Shown: positions 48,192 through 59,311 of the stretch, piece by piece
How positions within the stretch are numbered: position 1 is the first letter of the stretch
Layout: the number at the start of each line of letters is the position of its first letter
Source: Octopus sinensis
Lineage: Eukaryota
Assembly: GCF_006345805.1 (NCBI RefSeq)
Contig: NW_021832597.1
Coordinates: 1-64,000, forward strand
Length of the DNA stretch: 64,000 nucleotides
Direction of reading: 5' to 3'
Position numbers and translations under genes: made by a program
Notes under the pieces: generated by a model
Databases searched by the model: none
Seen by the model: only the letters and a program-made list of their open reading frames with translations
Told to the model about the DNA's origin: nothing

Positions 48192-48356
48192 TGTGCATTC
48201 AAGTCCCTGACGAGAAGGAGATTATTCATGTCGTAAAAAGTTTCAAGATGAGGATTGTACGAGCATGGAATAGTAGTTGAGGTTGGGGGATGTAGATGTT
48301 GATTATACTGAGATCGGATTTCATGTTATTTTTTATTTGGATGGATTTTAGCTCGG
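48192..48356. repeat. About 165-bp near-identical direct duplicate of 47671-47834
   Basis: tgtgcattc...gtccctgacgagaagga...ggattttagctcgg in both copies. Confidence 0.9.
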
Positions 48357-48399
48357 CCAAAAAAAAGTCATATTCCTACATGTGCCACACACACGACAC

Positions 48400-50175
48400 G
48401 ACCTTCTGTACCAACGATTTCCAGCTTCCGCGGTTTTGGGTCAGTATCGGAAGTTCGTCGAGAGCATCACAAGTCTTCAGGGTTTTCTTTAAAAGCCTCA
48501 AGTCGTCTTGCAGAACAAACGGTAGGGTATTCTTCCATGGTCACGTAGGGAGGTGAAGTTGGAGTCATCCTCAAGATGTGTCCAAATAGCCTCCAGCGAC
48601 CATTGACGATGTCCCGGCTAATTGGCCCCGAGTTGCTGATCTTGTAAATAGTCGAGTTGCTCGCACAGCTGGGAGTGTAAGTGTAGGCAGTTCAGGGAAC
48701 GAAGCTGATTTCTGTGGAAAGAGTCGAGGTTCTTTAAATCTGAATCAGAAATGCCCCATGTCGAGGAGTTGTAGAGTAGTGCAGGTTTGACACAACCGTT
48801 GTAGACTTTGGAGCGTAGTGATGGGCCCATCTGGCAGTGTCGTAACCAATTCTTCATGACAGTTTTTAGAGCAACAGCAGCCAGTGTTTTTCTACGCATT
48901 ATGTCCTCCCGGTCACCAAGCAGTGAGCCAAGCTTCTTGGATAGTCTCCATGTTTCCATAAGTTGAGTGTCTGAGCGTGATATCTCAACCACTTCCGTCT
49001 TGTCCGGGTTCATTTTTAGAAACCATTCCCCGAGTTTTCCTGATGCAATCTCCAGCAGTCTAGCCAGTGCTGATCTGTCGCTCGACACCAAGTCGACATC
49101 ATCCGCGTAGATAATTTCGGTGATTGACTCCCCGTATAGGCTTCTCAGCTCTCGTAGGGCAGCTTCGAAGTAAATCACGAAGAGCAGTGGTGAAAGGGAG
49201 TCACCCTGAGGAGTTTCCACATTTGTTAAGAAGGGTCTGGACAAAGTCCTCCCAAGGCGGACAATAAGTTCCGTGTTTGTCAGTAGTACCTGGATCATTC
49301 TGTTTTCATTCTCTTCTAAGAAGCTCCGCAGGATCTCGGTGAATGCTGTCGAAAGCTCTCGACATATCGATCCCCAGAATGATTGCGGTACTTTTGAATC
49401 TTTGGTGGGTTGCACATCGCCATCGGTAGCCCCACAGAACGTCTATCCTTCTCTGAATCCGCTGTGGTTTGACAGAACGATTAATGAGAGAATCTTCCTC
49501 AGGGAGTTCAGCAGGATAACCAGGCGGAGGTTTTTTACTGGACAAGTTAGTTTATTAGATTTTTGAATAGGCATTAGAATCCCGGATCCGAGTGGGAGTA
49601 AGTCGTTTTCAGTGAACATATCATTCAGAATGTTCGCTATATTGCTTAAGAGAGACTCGGGTCCGTGTTGTGTTGAATCCTTGTTCAAAGAAATCCGCTA
49701 TAAGGCTTACGCTCCGTGTCCTGTTCCACCGGGTCAGATACTTCAGTTCCTTTGTTGGTTAGGAGTCGAAGTTTGGGGCTGCATTTCTTCCAATTGAGTA
49801 ACCGTAATGCTTGAAACATTGTCCTTGAGAGATTCCAGCTCTTTAAGTCGGGAGGTCGGAATATCCCGACCGTATTGGAGATTCAGTCGCTTTATTTGTT
49901 TCTGAATAATTGCTCGTCGGGCTTTCAGTGCATGTTTGGTATCCGAATCCGTAGTGTTCTCAATCGTCAACTTGACCTCCTTTTGTTCAGCCGATAGGGC
50001 GAAAACATCCGGATAGTCTGGTAGTGTTCTTTGTATGTTTTCCAACACATTTATCTGCGATGGATGCCACTAGACATAGCTTTCCAAGGGGCAGTCGGCA
50101 TTAGTCCATCTTCATATTTTGGAGTGATCCTTTTGGATCTGCCGGGTTTTAGCCTTGGGCGCCTGTGAGTGTCTT
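48400..50175 (-). mobile_element. Degenerate RTE-clade LINE with internal deletions (no APE)
   Basis: LRLVILLNSLRK, IDMSRAFDSI, TPQGDSLSPLLF, IIYADD, RWRLFGHILRM. Related to the RTE at 35885-38690. Confidence 0.85.
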
Positions 50176-50257
50176 GTAAAGACAATAGTTATGTAATAGA
50201 GGGTGGAGATGAATATTGAGTGTATAATAAAAATAGTAATAGTAGCGTGGTGAGGTG

Positions 50258-51284
50258 ATGGGGCACAAGAAGGGAAATAGTGAGGAAATGCGGGCAGTGT
50301 CGGCGATAGAGAAGGCGTTGGGGGGGAAGAAGGAGAGAGTGGGGGAGGAGGTGGAGAGTAGTCTGTTGGGGGTGTTTGGGGAGAGAAATGGCAAGTATTG
50401 GCGGAAGCTTCGTTCGATAGTGTTCAACCTGCGGGAGAATGAGGGAGGTGGTGTGTGTGAGGCCTAGAAGTTGTGTGAGGGAGTGAGGAGTGGGGAAATA
50501 ACTCCAGACGGATTGGTGCAAATGACGACGGCGGAAATGGCGAGGAAGGAATTGGCGGAGTGGAGACACTCTCAGAACATGGTTGTCCTCTCCTTCCATT
50601 GGTAGAACATGGCACATATCAAGTCCATCCCCCACTCCACTCACATTCTCAAAATGACACACAAGGGGGAGGTGCCCGTGGGGGAAGAGGACATGAAGGT
50701 GTTCAACCTCCCTGAGGAGATGCCGGTGAGGGGTGTCAGTCCATCCCCCCTCCCCCCGTCCCCCGTCCACTCCACTGGGGATTTGAGGGAATTGGAGAGA
50801 CTGAGGCGGGAGACTGAACTGATCATCCACTCGTCTGATCACCACTCGTGGGAGGGCACAGTCCGAATGGACACACTCGTCTTCCCTGCTGTCCTCGACA
50901 TGCACTTTCCCCACAATCCCCTCCTCTCTGAACTCCTCCCTCCCTCTTTGCACATCTGTGGACGGGTCAAGTCTGCCCACGCATTCCACTATTTGCACAC
51001 CTGTCTCCATTCTTCCACCAAGGTCACTCCTCCCCTTATTCCAGAACCTCCTCGTCTTCACACTCTCCAGCACACACCATCACTCTGACCTATTGAGGCA
51101 TTATCTCCTCTCCAGGGACCGTCTCGGGGTCGTCGACAACTCCACCTGTCCATTGGCCGACACTTACCTCTCCCCCTTCCCATTCCCCCCCGCCACTCAA
51201 CTCCTTCAACACACTCCATGCTCACTCACACACCTCGATGCCCCTTTCATTCTCCTCGCTTTGGTCCGCCCTGCTGACATTTAG
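50258..51284 (+). CDS. PHF3/DIDO1/SPOCD1-like protein (TFIIS-M plus SPOC), possibly 5'-truncated by the RTE
   Basis: KYWRKLRSIVFNL...LVQMTTAEMARKELAEWR, THKGEV, SPOC-like SWEGTVRM...LPPSLHICGRV, LLALVR. Confidence 0.75.
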
Positions 51285-51431
51285 ACTATCAATTATTGCC
51301 AATCCATTTTCATTGATTATCAATACATTTCTAGTTATATAAATTTGTTTTTATTGTTCATATTCTGGCTGGCCTAACTACCAAACAAACAATACATTTC
51401 GCCGACCTCACCACATTATTTGTTGAGTAAA

Positions 51432-52075
51432 ATGGAAGCCGGCTCACCTAAACCAAACAAAAAGAACGACAATACATTCATTAGTTCCCCCCTCCTTCCT
51501 GGAAAGCCCAGACATTTCTTTGGTTTTGTTCATTTCAATCAGGCCAGTCAACAAATATGAGTCTGACTCATTCGAACTGGACACCTGGTCGGAGATTGGC
51601 CGTCGGAGGAACAACAGTGTCAGTTCGACTGGGGACTTTGTCGGGTCACCGGATCTGACCAAGAAGTCGCAGATTTGGGTGGGAAATACATCCGAGAGGC
51701 AGTCGAAAGAGCACTTCGACATGGAGGATGTGGTTATTCTCATTTGATGATGCTCAGGTGGTGAGGGGTGGGCACACCTGGTCGTACTTCGACGAGGAGG
51801 GGAACACCCAAGGCCCCTTCTCCCCCGCGGACATGTCGATGTGGTATCGAAGGAACCTGCTTTATCCCCAACTGATGATAAAGAGGGCAGATATGAATCA
51901 CCACATTCTACTCGGTCAGTTTGGTGTGTCATGTGCAGGGGACTTGGTCAAACTTAGGAATGGAAGAAATCCATTCGAGGACGAGGAGGCGTGTTTCCCC
52001 AACGGAGTCACTAAGTCCCCCTACAAATCACACTATTTTTCTGAATGTCGCAGTTTCCCGCACAGAAGGCATTGA
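51432..52075 (+). CDS. GYF-domain protein (GIGYF-like fragment or minimal form)
   Basis: WSYFDEEGNTQGPFSPADMSMWYRRNLLYPQLMIKR...L|GDLVKLRNGRNPF, with short introns. Confidence 0.75.
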
Positions 52076-54259
52076 CTGCTTTAAATAATGGACTTTTGTT
52101 TTTACCCACTTTTGTCTGACTTTACTCTAATCGATGAGATAAAAGTAGTTTGAGGTTGCTTTGATGGGGCCGGGGATTGCCCACTTCTGACTGGTTAGTT
52201 GTGTGAGTGCAGTACTCACACTCGAATGTGGTAAGTCACGCCCAATCTCGCCACTCGGACTTGGCAAGACATGTGCGATTTAATGTTTATCAAACTAAAA
52301 TTAATTTGAGCACAACCACAAAGTGCTTCCTCATTAATATAAACTATGACTCATCACATTTGGGTATGTTTTTGAAAGCCCGTCGCAATGCACATTGATT
52401 GGTCATGGATGACTCATTAATAATTTGCTCTGGAGATGTCAATTTGTCTCAATTAGTAAGTCGACCACAAATTATGTGCCTTTACAGACTCCCAAATACT
52501 TTAAAGGAATTCATAATATACTTCCCCATGTTCAAACCAGTAAAGTGGGTCAGACAAAATTCACTTCCGTTTTGACGGTGTTTCAGGAAATGCTTGTTTT
52601 GGTGAACATATTTTCCCATGTGTGATAAGGAGAATCAAGTTCTATAGACTATAACAGACAGATACGCACTTTTACGTGTTGAACTTTTATTTTTTTGTAA
52701 TATAAAAGTGCTTGGCTTAAAAAATTAATTTTCGGCAGGTCACTGGAAGACGGGGTTGGCTGTCCAAACCACAGCAGTTTGGATGCAACGCAGCATGTCA
52801 AATGCAGGGAACAGGGAGGTGTGATTTTCTTAAGTATCTCTCTTCCTAATATTTAGTCGAGCAAAGTCTAAACAAATTATGAATTTTAGTTAACATTGTT
52901 AATTTTACATAATGGAAATGTAAAGTGGAAATTTGGTTCGATTTGCTTCGAGTCATAGATTTCGACATTTGAGACGAAGGTTGGACTTTTCGAAGAACGT
53001 AATTAATAGAAATTAGCCTAATTAATAACAGGAAGGAATGTTAATAAGTAATTTCGTAATCAGCTCGGAATTAATCCTTAAAGTATTCCAACTTATACGT
53101 CCAAAATAAACTAAATACCCAAATGGGTGGGATTATATTTATATTTTAAAACCATTAAAACATTTTCTCAGTGTTTATCAGATTTTAGATAAAGTTCTAC
53201 AAACTCGAAAAATAATTAGGGATCACTGATTCTTTGTTTTTGAATCCCAGACATACACATTACTCAAATTGAGGGATTAACTACTGACTATATTAATAAA
53301 AGTATTCAAAGCAATCGAGAAATACTAAAGTGTGTTTGGTCATCCAGATTTTGTAGTATTCTGCAGTTAGAATTCAACGTCGGACTTTTCTTAACGCATA
53401 GAAAATCCATGTTTTTCCTTGAAGCTGTTCTCTAATGTCTCTCGACGGTTTTTTTTCTATGTGCATGAAACCGAGGTTGTTTACTATTCTGTTCCTGTAA
53501 AAACGACCAGGAATAATTCTTATTCAAATGACTCATTTGAGTGAGGTATACTAGAAGACAAGAGTAGTCGATACAGTATCAATGAAATAAAAAGCTGTGA
53601 GATCACTTAAAAAAATCAGAGAAACCACTATAATTAACTTGTTCAAACACGCGGGAGGATTCCTAGTGTAAATAAACCTATCAAATAAAAAAACTGATCA
53701 ACTAATTGATCAATTAGAAAAACACACAGTTGGCCCATTCAAACCAAAAAGTGGCTAAAACATCTGATAAAAATCTTAGACATCAAATAAAAAAAATGAC
53801 TGTTTTCTTCTTATCCCCTTAGCTAATTACAAAAATTATAGAAATCAAAACAGAAATTGAAAGCAATTGATTGGAATACAACATTGACTAAAGATTTTTT
53901 TCGAAACAAACCTCAAAAACTTAAAATGAACTCACAATTCGAATAATGTTATGGAAACAACAAAGATTTGTCACGTACTGTCACAGAAATGTTTTTGCAG
54001 AATAAAGACAAAGTTCCCTTAGAAAACAATACGTACTTCATGATTAAAAACTGGAGAAAGTCTTAAACAAACTGCTGACCTTGCCCACTTGAGGTTTTAA
54101 GAAGTGCATAAAATAAAACTATTGAAAGAACCATCGGAGACAACATGAATAACCTTATTTGAAAATGTTGTAGGAAAGTAACCTTATTTGACTAAGAATC
54201 ACACGGAAGTGAGATGAAATAAACTTAAAAACATGTGAACTTTTCTTATAAGCGACGGA

Positions 54260-56010
54260 AACCTGTAATTTGAAGAGATGAAGACCACTTTAAGATGTTT
54301 GGATCCGACGGAAGGCAATATGGACAACCAGGTTTATTGAAAAAACTTTGTTTATTTCAAAGATGAGTAAGTTAACCAAAACAGCATCAACTCTCCCTAT
54401 CACCTGGTCGAAAATGTTACATAGAGGAGATGGCTGGAATAGTGAAGGCGATAGAAGAAAGAATATTGTCAGTGTCAACGCAAGAGAAACTGTGCTTGTT
54501 GTACTTGATGGACTCGGTGACAAAGAGCACGGAGAATGGGATATATGACTTATGCAAGAAGCACGCTGTAGTGGTGTGGGGATTGTTGGGAGGACTGGAT
54601 TTAGGGTGTGGAGACCGAAGTAGTAGTCAAGAGGCCCAGTTATCAATGGATGTGACGTACAGATTGAGTGTACAAGTCGATGTTGTGTGTGCAATGAGGG
54701 GCTGGAGGCACTGTGTTGTGAGGAGGACGAGGGCTGGGTCCTCAAGAATGCCATTGGTAGTTTTCTTTGTTCGGATGTTCCTAGAACTACCACCATGTTA
54801 GCGGGATAGGTTATTTGATTATTTTTGTTTAACTTTTCACTTGGGACAATCCTGATTAAATGTGTGGCTATAGTAGTGTAGATGAGTTAAATAAATAACT
54901 AAAATGGCGTGTCTTGCTATTTAAGTCGGAGAAAGGTAATTTGAATATAACTTGCGATAGTTTGCTTCATCTATAAGGAAGTAGTATGTCTTACTTTATT
55001 TATTTATTAACCCCCAAGTTTTTGATTCGTATCTAAAATTTGTATTTGATGCAATTGCGGATGAGACCCATTTTGTTGAAAATTAGTAAATTTTATTAAA
55101 CTTAAATAAAAATCCGTTTAATTTGTACATATATCGATTTGCTCATGTATACACGGAACTTGTTGTCCGGTAACTTGGTCAATTTTGTAAAACTGGCGGA
55201 CTATGGTGAAAGAAGTTTTATTTGACCCACAAAAACCTTGGGTGTGATGAGACCTTCTAGCAGGCCTTACCATCTTTCAGATTATTTCTATACAACATGG
55301 TTGTGACTCAGCAAATGTAATTGTAAAGTAAAAATCGTTATAATTAGTAAAATATTTGTTGATCTATTTAAATGTATAATCGTGAATTAAACACTAGTTT
55401 TAATAAGTCTGGTGTGAGATGACATTCGAATTTGTGCCTACGGAGATTGACCGACTACTGGAGGACGAGCAAGTAATTGTATGAGGAGAATGTGTGTTTG
55501 GACGACCTGTTGGAGCAGCCTGACATAATCGAGGAATGCAGGGAATGCGAAGCTGGTGTGCTAGTGTAGTGAGAATGCAGAAGACGGTCAATATTGGAGG
55601 AACTAAGGACGTTGGGAGTGCCGGAGAGTGGTGATTTCAGGTGAGTGTGATGGGGAGGAGAGGGAGCATGTGTTGGCCAGTGAGGAGTGTGTGCTGTATA
55701 CTCCTACATCGAAGGGGAGACAGTGCACCCAGTGACGATGAGCTTAGTGCTGAAAATATTTATTGCCAGTGTGGGTGGTGTGATGCCTTAATGAATGTGG
55801 TGTCGGGGGAGTCTGATTAGCATATATGAACATGCACGGGAGTGTTTATTTCGGACATTTACAACTGCCCTCTGATGTGTTTGTAATGGACTGATTGACA
55901 GGGACGTGCAGTGGGAGGAGGACTGTCCATTCGGGGATGTGTGGAGTGCCTACGATTACAACGACTTTACGCCCACTCCTTTGTCCAGACAGCCCACCAC
56001 TTGGTCTTTG
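54260..56010 (+). pseudogene. PCF11: PCF11-like gene (CID plus zinc-finger remnants), frameshifted and interrupted
   Basis: CID motif EKLCLLYLMDSVTK. Later decayed (DW)HNR...RSW and VHSGC motifs, split by AT-rich DNA at about 54810-55380. Confidence 0.5.
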
Positions 56011-56559
56011 AAGGATTAGATTATTTAAAGAATATGTTTTATTTGTTTGGCTAGTACAACTAGCGAGGGAGTTTCCTCAGGGTATTGTGTATAGGGATGA
56101 GTGTGCCTGCCCCTATCGATAACCATCCAGCATTGGTGAACACGCGAGGAAAGATATTTGTATGTTACGAATCCTTGCTCTTCCAACAATCCTCAAGATC
56201 CTTCTCAGTTTTTCCCGATGTTGGACTTTGGACCCAACGCAGATACGGGACAGGCGGGGAGCAGCCTTCTCTAAATGGGCAGTAAAACACATGAGGGTGT
56301 CAAAAGTGACCCCCAGTTCTTATGTAATAACATAGTGGTTGCTGTTTCCAGGTTGATTTGAGAGATGTTTATCCGTATGGTTTGCTTATGTTTTAGATAT
56401 ATTGAGATACGTCATCATTTCAACCAAAGTGTCGACAAAGGTACATTTTATCGTTTCAATGTGTTAATGGGTATCTTACCTTCGAATACTCTTGCGGAAC
56501 TTAAGTTATACCAAGATTAAATTATCCGCTTAGACTCATCTATTAGTCAATGCGGTACT

Positions 56560-57010
56560 TGAGGTTGAAATTCACAAAAATTAAATTTTCGATGTGAATA
56601 CTTCTCTATTAAAAAAGGCATTGGTACTCTCCAACATCGAAGTTCATCGGGAAAAAATAGCAAAAAACTATCCAAAAATAAAAGAATAGAATAGTTTTTT
56701 TTATTAAGACACTTTAGTTAGTATTATGTCTATGATAGATCTGTAGCCTGGCGGATTGAATAGTTTTTATCAAGAAAAACCAAAATTAAGAAAACAAGGA
56801 AAGGTCATTAACAGGAAGAGAAAAACAAGTCACCGAAGTGTTCTTTCCAAGCTAACCCCAATTATAATTAATCGACATATCTTTTCTCCAGAACCATCCG
56901 GATCGGTGGCACATAAAATTCATGTGAGTTTTTTAGCCCTTTGTCAAGTTGTACTCCATGAGCCAGTTTCAATGCGATACGTCTTGTCTTTTCCACAGGA
57001 GGGACTTGAC
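56560..57010 (+). mobile_element. Possible Merlin/ISXO2-like remnant
   Basis: KLTPIIINRHIFS resembles TLLPIIxxHIxPG. Heavily decayed, no TIR found. Confidence 0.3.
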
Positions 57011-57029
57011 TCAGTTCTGCGACGAAGTG

Positions 57030-57345
57030 ATCATTCGACCACTACACTGACACCTGCGGGGGCGACACCATAAGGGTACCACTCTTCCACAGCCGAGGTC
57101 GCCTTGATCAGTCACGTCGACAAGAACGACACACTAATATCGATAATCCCCTCTGTTAAGTTTTTCCTTTCGTTTTCTGTCACTCTTCTCCCGTGCTTTT
57201 CCTCTCGCCCACAGGATAACCATTTCCATGTCAAACTCCAGTCACTCGGTAGTTCTTTTTCTCATTCCAGCTGTCGAGTATGACTTCCCCACCGACGACC
57301 CCGCCTACAAGAGTGTCCTCAAGTTCTTCCTCGCCCTAAGGTCAA
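57030..57345 (+). other. C-rich exon-like fragments of an unidentified gene
   Basis: Short open segments bounded by gt/ag (e.g. gtagttctttttctcattccag|VEYDFPTDDPAYKSVLKFFLALR|gt). Confidence 0.35.
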
Positions 57346-57760
57346 CGATTTTCTTTAATTTGTACTCTTTACTGATTTGTCGGTTATTAGTTTTTCTCAT
57401 TTTTATATCCTTTGTGTGGTTACCGAGTGTGCTGACTGGTTGTCATTTTTTCAAAGTTTCTCAGTTTTCGACAACGAATAGTTAGATCATTATTTGCATA
57501 ACTATTTATCAGAAATTAGAAATCTGTGTGGGTCCATTTTATATCTTTGGCTATAGAAATTTTAAAACAGTTTAGCAGATAATAAAAATCTTTTAGATCA
57601 TTGAAAATTGATTTCTAATCACATTATTAATCAGGGGAAAGAGGTGTTGACTGAAAAAACACATGAATGGAAAATGTTTCATTTTTTCTTTTTTGTTAAC
57701 TGAAAATTTTAATTGGATAAAAGAATATGTTAGTTTAATCCAAAAAAATTATAAAAATGT

Positions 57761-58542
57761 CTAAATAAATGGAATTCCGATCCAAGTAGATTTTCGATAT
57801 TCTTCATATTGTGAGCCGAACAAGGAAATCAGAAGTGCTTCCTCCCCGTTAATTCGTTTTCTAAATACGCACAGTCCAGGAAAAAATAGCACTACAACCG
57901 AAAATAAATTACCAAGCATAATCTACAAACAAACATAATATTTCAAAACCTGTGTTCCCAAAAAGAAATAAAATAATCCAACATAAGAAGGATGTCGAAA
58001 ATATTTATAAACTCCGTTTTTTATCAGCACGTGATCTTTCCGATATTTATACTCGAGTTCATAACTGAAATTACTTCCGAGTGTCAAAATGGACACCTTC
58101 CGTAGAATATCTCCTGCTACACCAATAACAAGTCCAAGTACAGAAATAATCCAAATACGTTGTTTAAATTCTATAAATGTATAAATAAATGCAAAAACCA
58201 GGAAATAAAAGAGTCGAGACCAAATTTTCGAAGGTCGCAAATCCTATCTGAAAAAAATAAAATTTATATTCAATAAAAAAAGCAGTGGTTGAGAAGTTCC
58301 GAATGTTTCCAATGTTCGCAAAGGTAAATTCTAAAAAATGAAATAAACTTGTTTGAATCAAAAATGTCCCAAAAATTCTATTTTTAGCCCAAAATGACAT
58401 CAAAAATAGTCCACAGAATAAAACTGCGCCAAAAACTGTGGAACTTGCCAAAATCTTCCAAATTATATTCTTTTTTTACATATTTATAGTCATAATAATT
58501 GATTTTAAATGTTTCCTTAAAGAAAAGTGAAATTTGAATCAT
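57761..58542 (-). CDS. ICMT: Isoprenylcysteine carboxyl methyltransferase; start approximate
   Basis: FHFLEF, LTLGSNFS...HVLIKNGVYKYFRHPSYVG, RINGEEALLISLFGSQYEEYRKSTWIGIPFI*. Confidence 0.92.
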
Positions 58543-58884
58543 TATGAAAATAAATGTAAATGCGATATATACATTTATAAGGTAAAAAATAGGTAAAATT
58601 GAAAAGCCAAATAAATAGTAAACAGTTGAGAAAATCAGATAGTTTTCCCGTTGATCTTTCTATTTCTTATTCAAAATATAAATAACGTTTAAACTCATTT
58701 CCAAATAATGTCAGATATTTGTTTTCAGCAAAAGCGACCTAAAATAAAGTAAAATATAGTTTTCAAAAATTTTATTTATAAAAAAATTGAAATTTTTTTA
58801 CTAATTTAATTTCAATTTTCAGACCATTTTAAACCAATTTTTTATTTTTTTTCAATTAAATTTTATAAGGAAAGTTAAATTAAT

Positions 58885-59215
58885 CAGAAATTAATCGGCC
58901 AGCGAGCCGGATGGAACAGCTGTTCCCACGCACAACGGCCAACAGGATCCTTTGGATTAGGAATGTAAATTCCCTAGGATCCTTGAAGCGTAATGAACAG
59001 AGGTGGCCAAGTTTCTTCAGATGATCAACTGTCTTTGTGCCAAAGACGCACGAAGTCTCAACAACAATTGGCCAAAACCAAAGCCGTCTAACAAGCCCTG
59101 GTATTTTTCGGATTTTGTATATTCAGCCCTATTAGCACGAGACCCGGGCAGAGAGGCGAATTCGTTGATGGCCGACTTAGAGAAGGAATCAACACACGTG
59201 GCATCCCAAACTAAT
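58885..59215 (-). mobile_element. C-terminal restriction-like endonuclease fragment of a CRE/R2-type non-LTR element
   Basis: LVWDATCVDSF...AEYTKSEKY...PIVVETSCVFG...FLIQRILLAVVRGNS. Confidence 0.8.
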
Positions 59216-59311
59216 TAAAAACTAATTATTTCTCTGTTTCGGTGGTCTATAAAAATAAAATAAGCAATTATTTATTAACTGCTAGTGAAGAGAGTCTGCT
59301 TGATTCAACTA

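Noticed and set aside
52640-53665. MULE-like remnant or Helitron 3' end (cgcggg...cctag|t at about 53650-53662)
   Set aside because: Motifs too decayed; no hairpin, TIR or matching 5' end could be confirmed.
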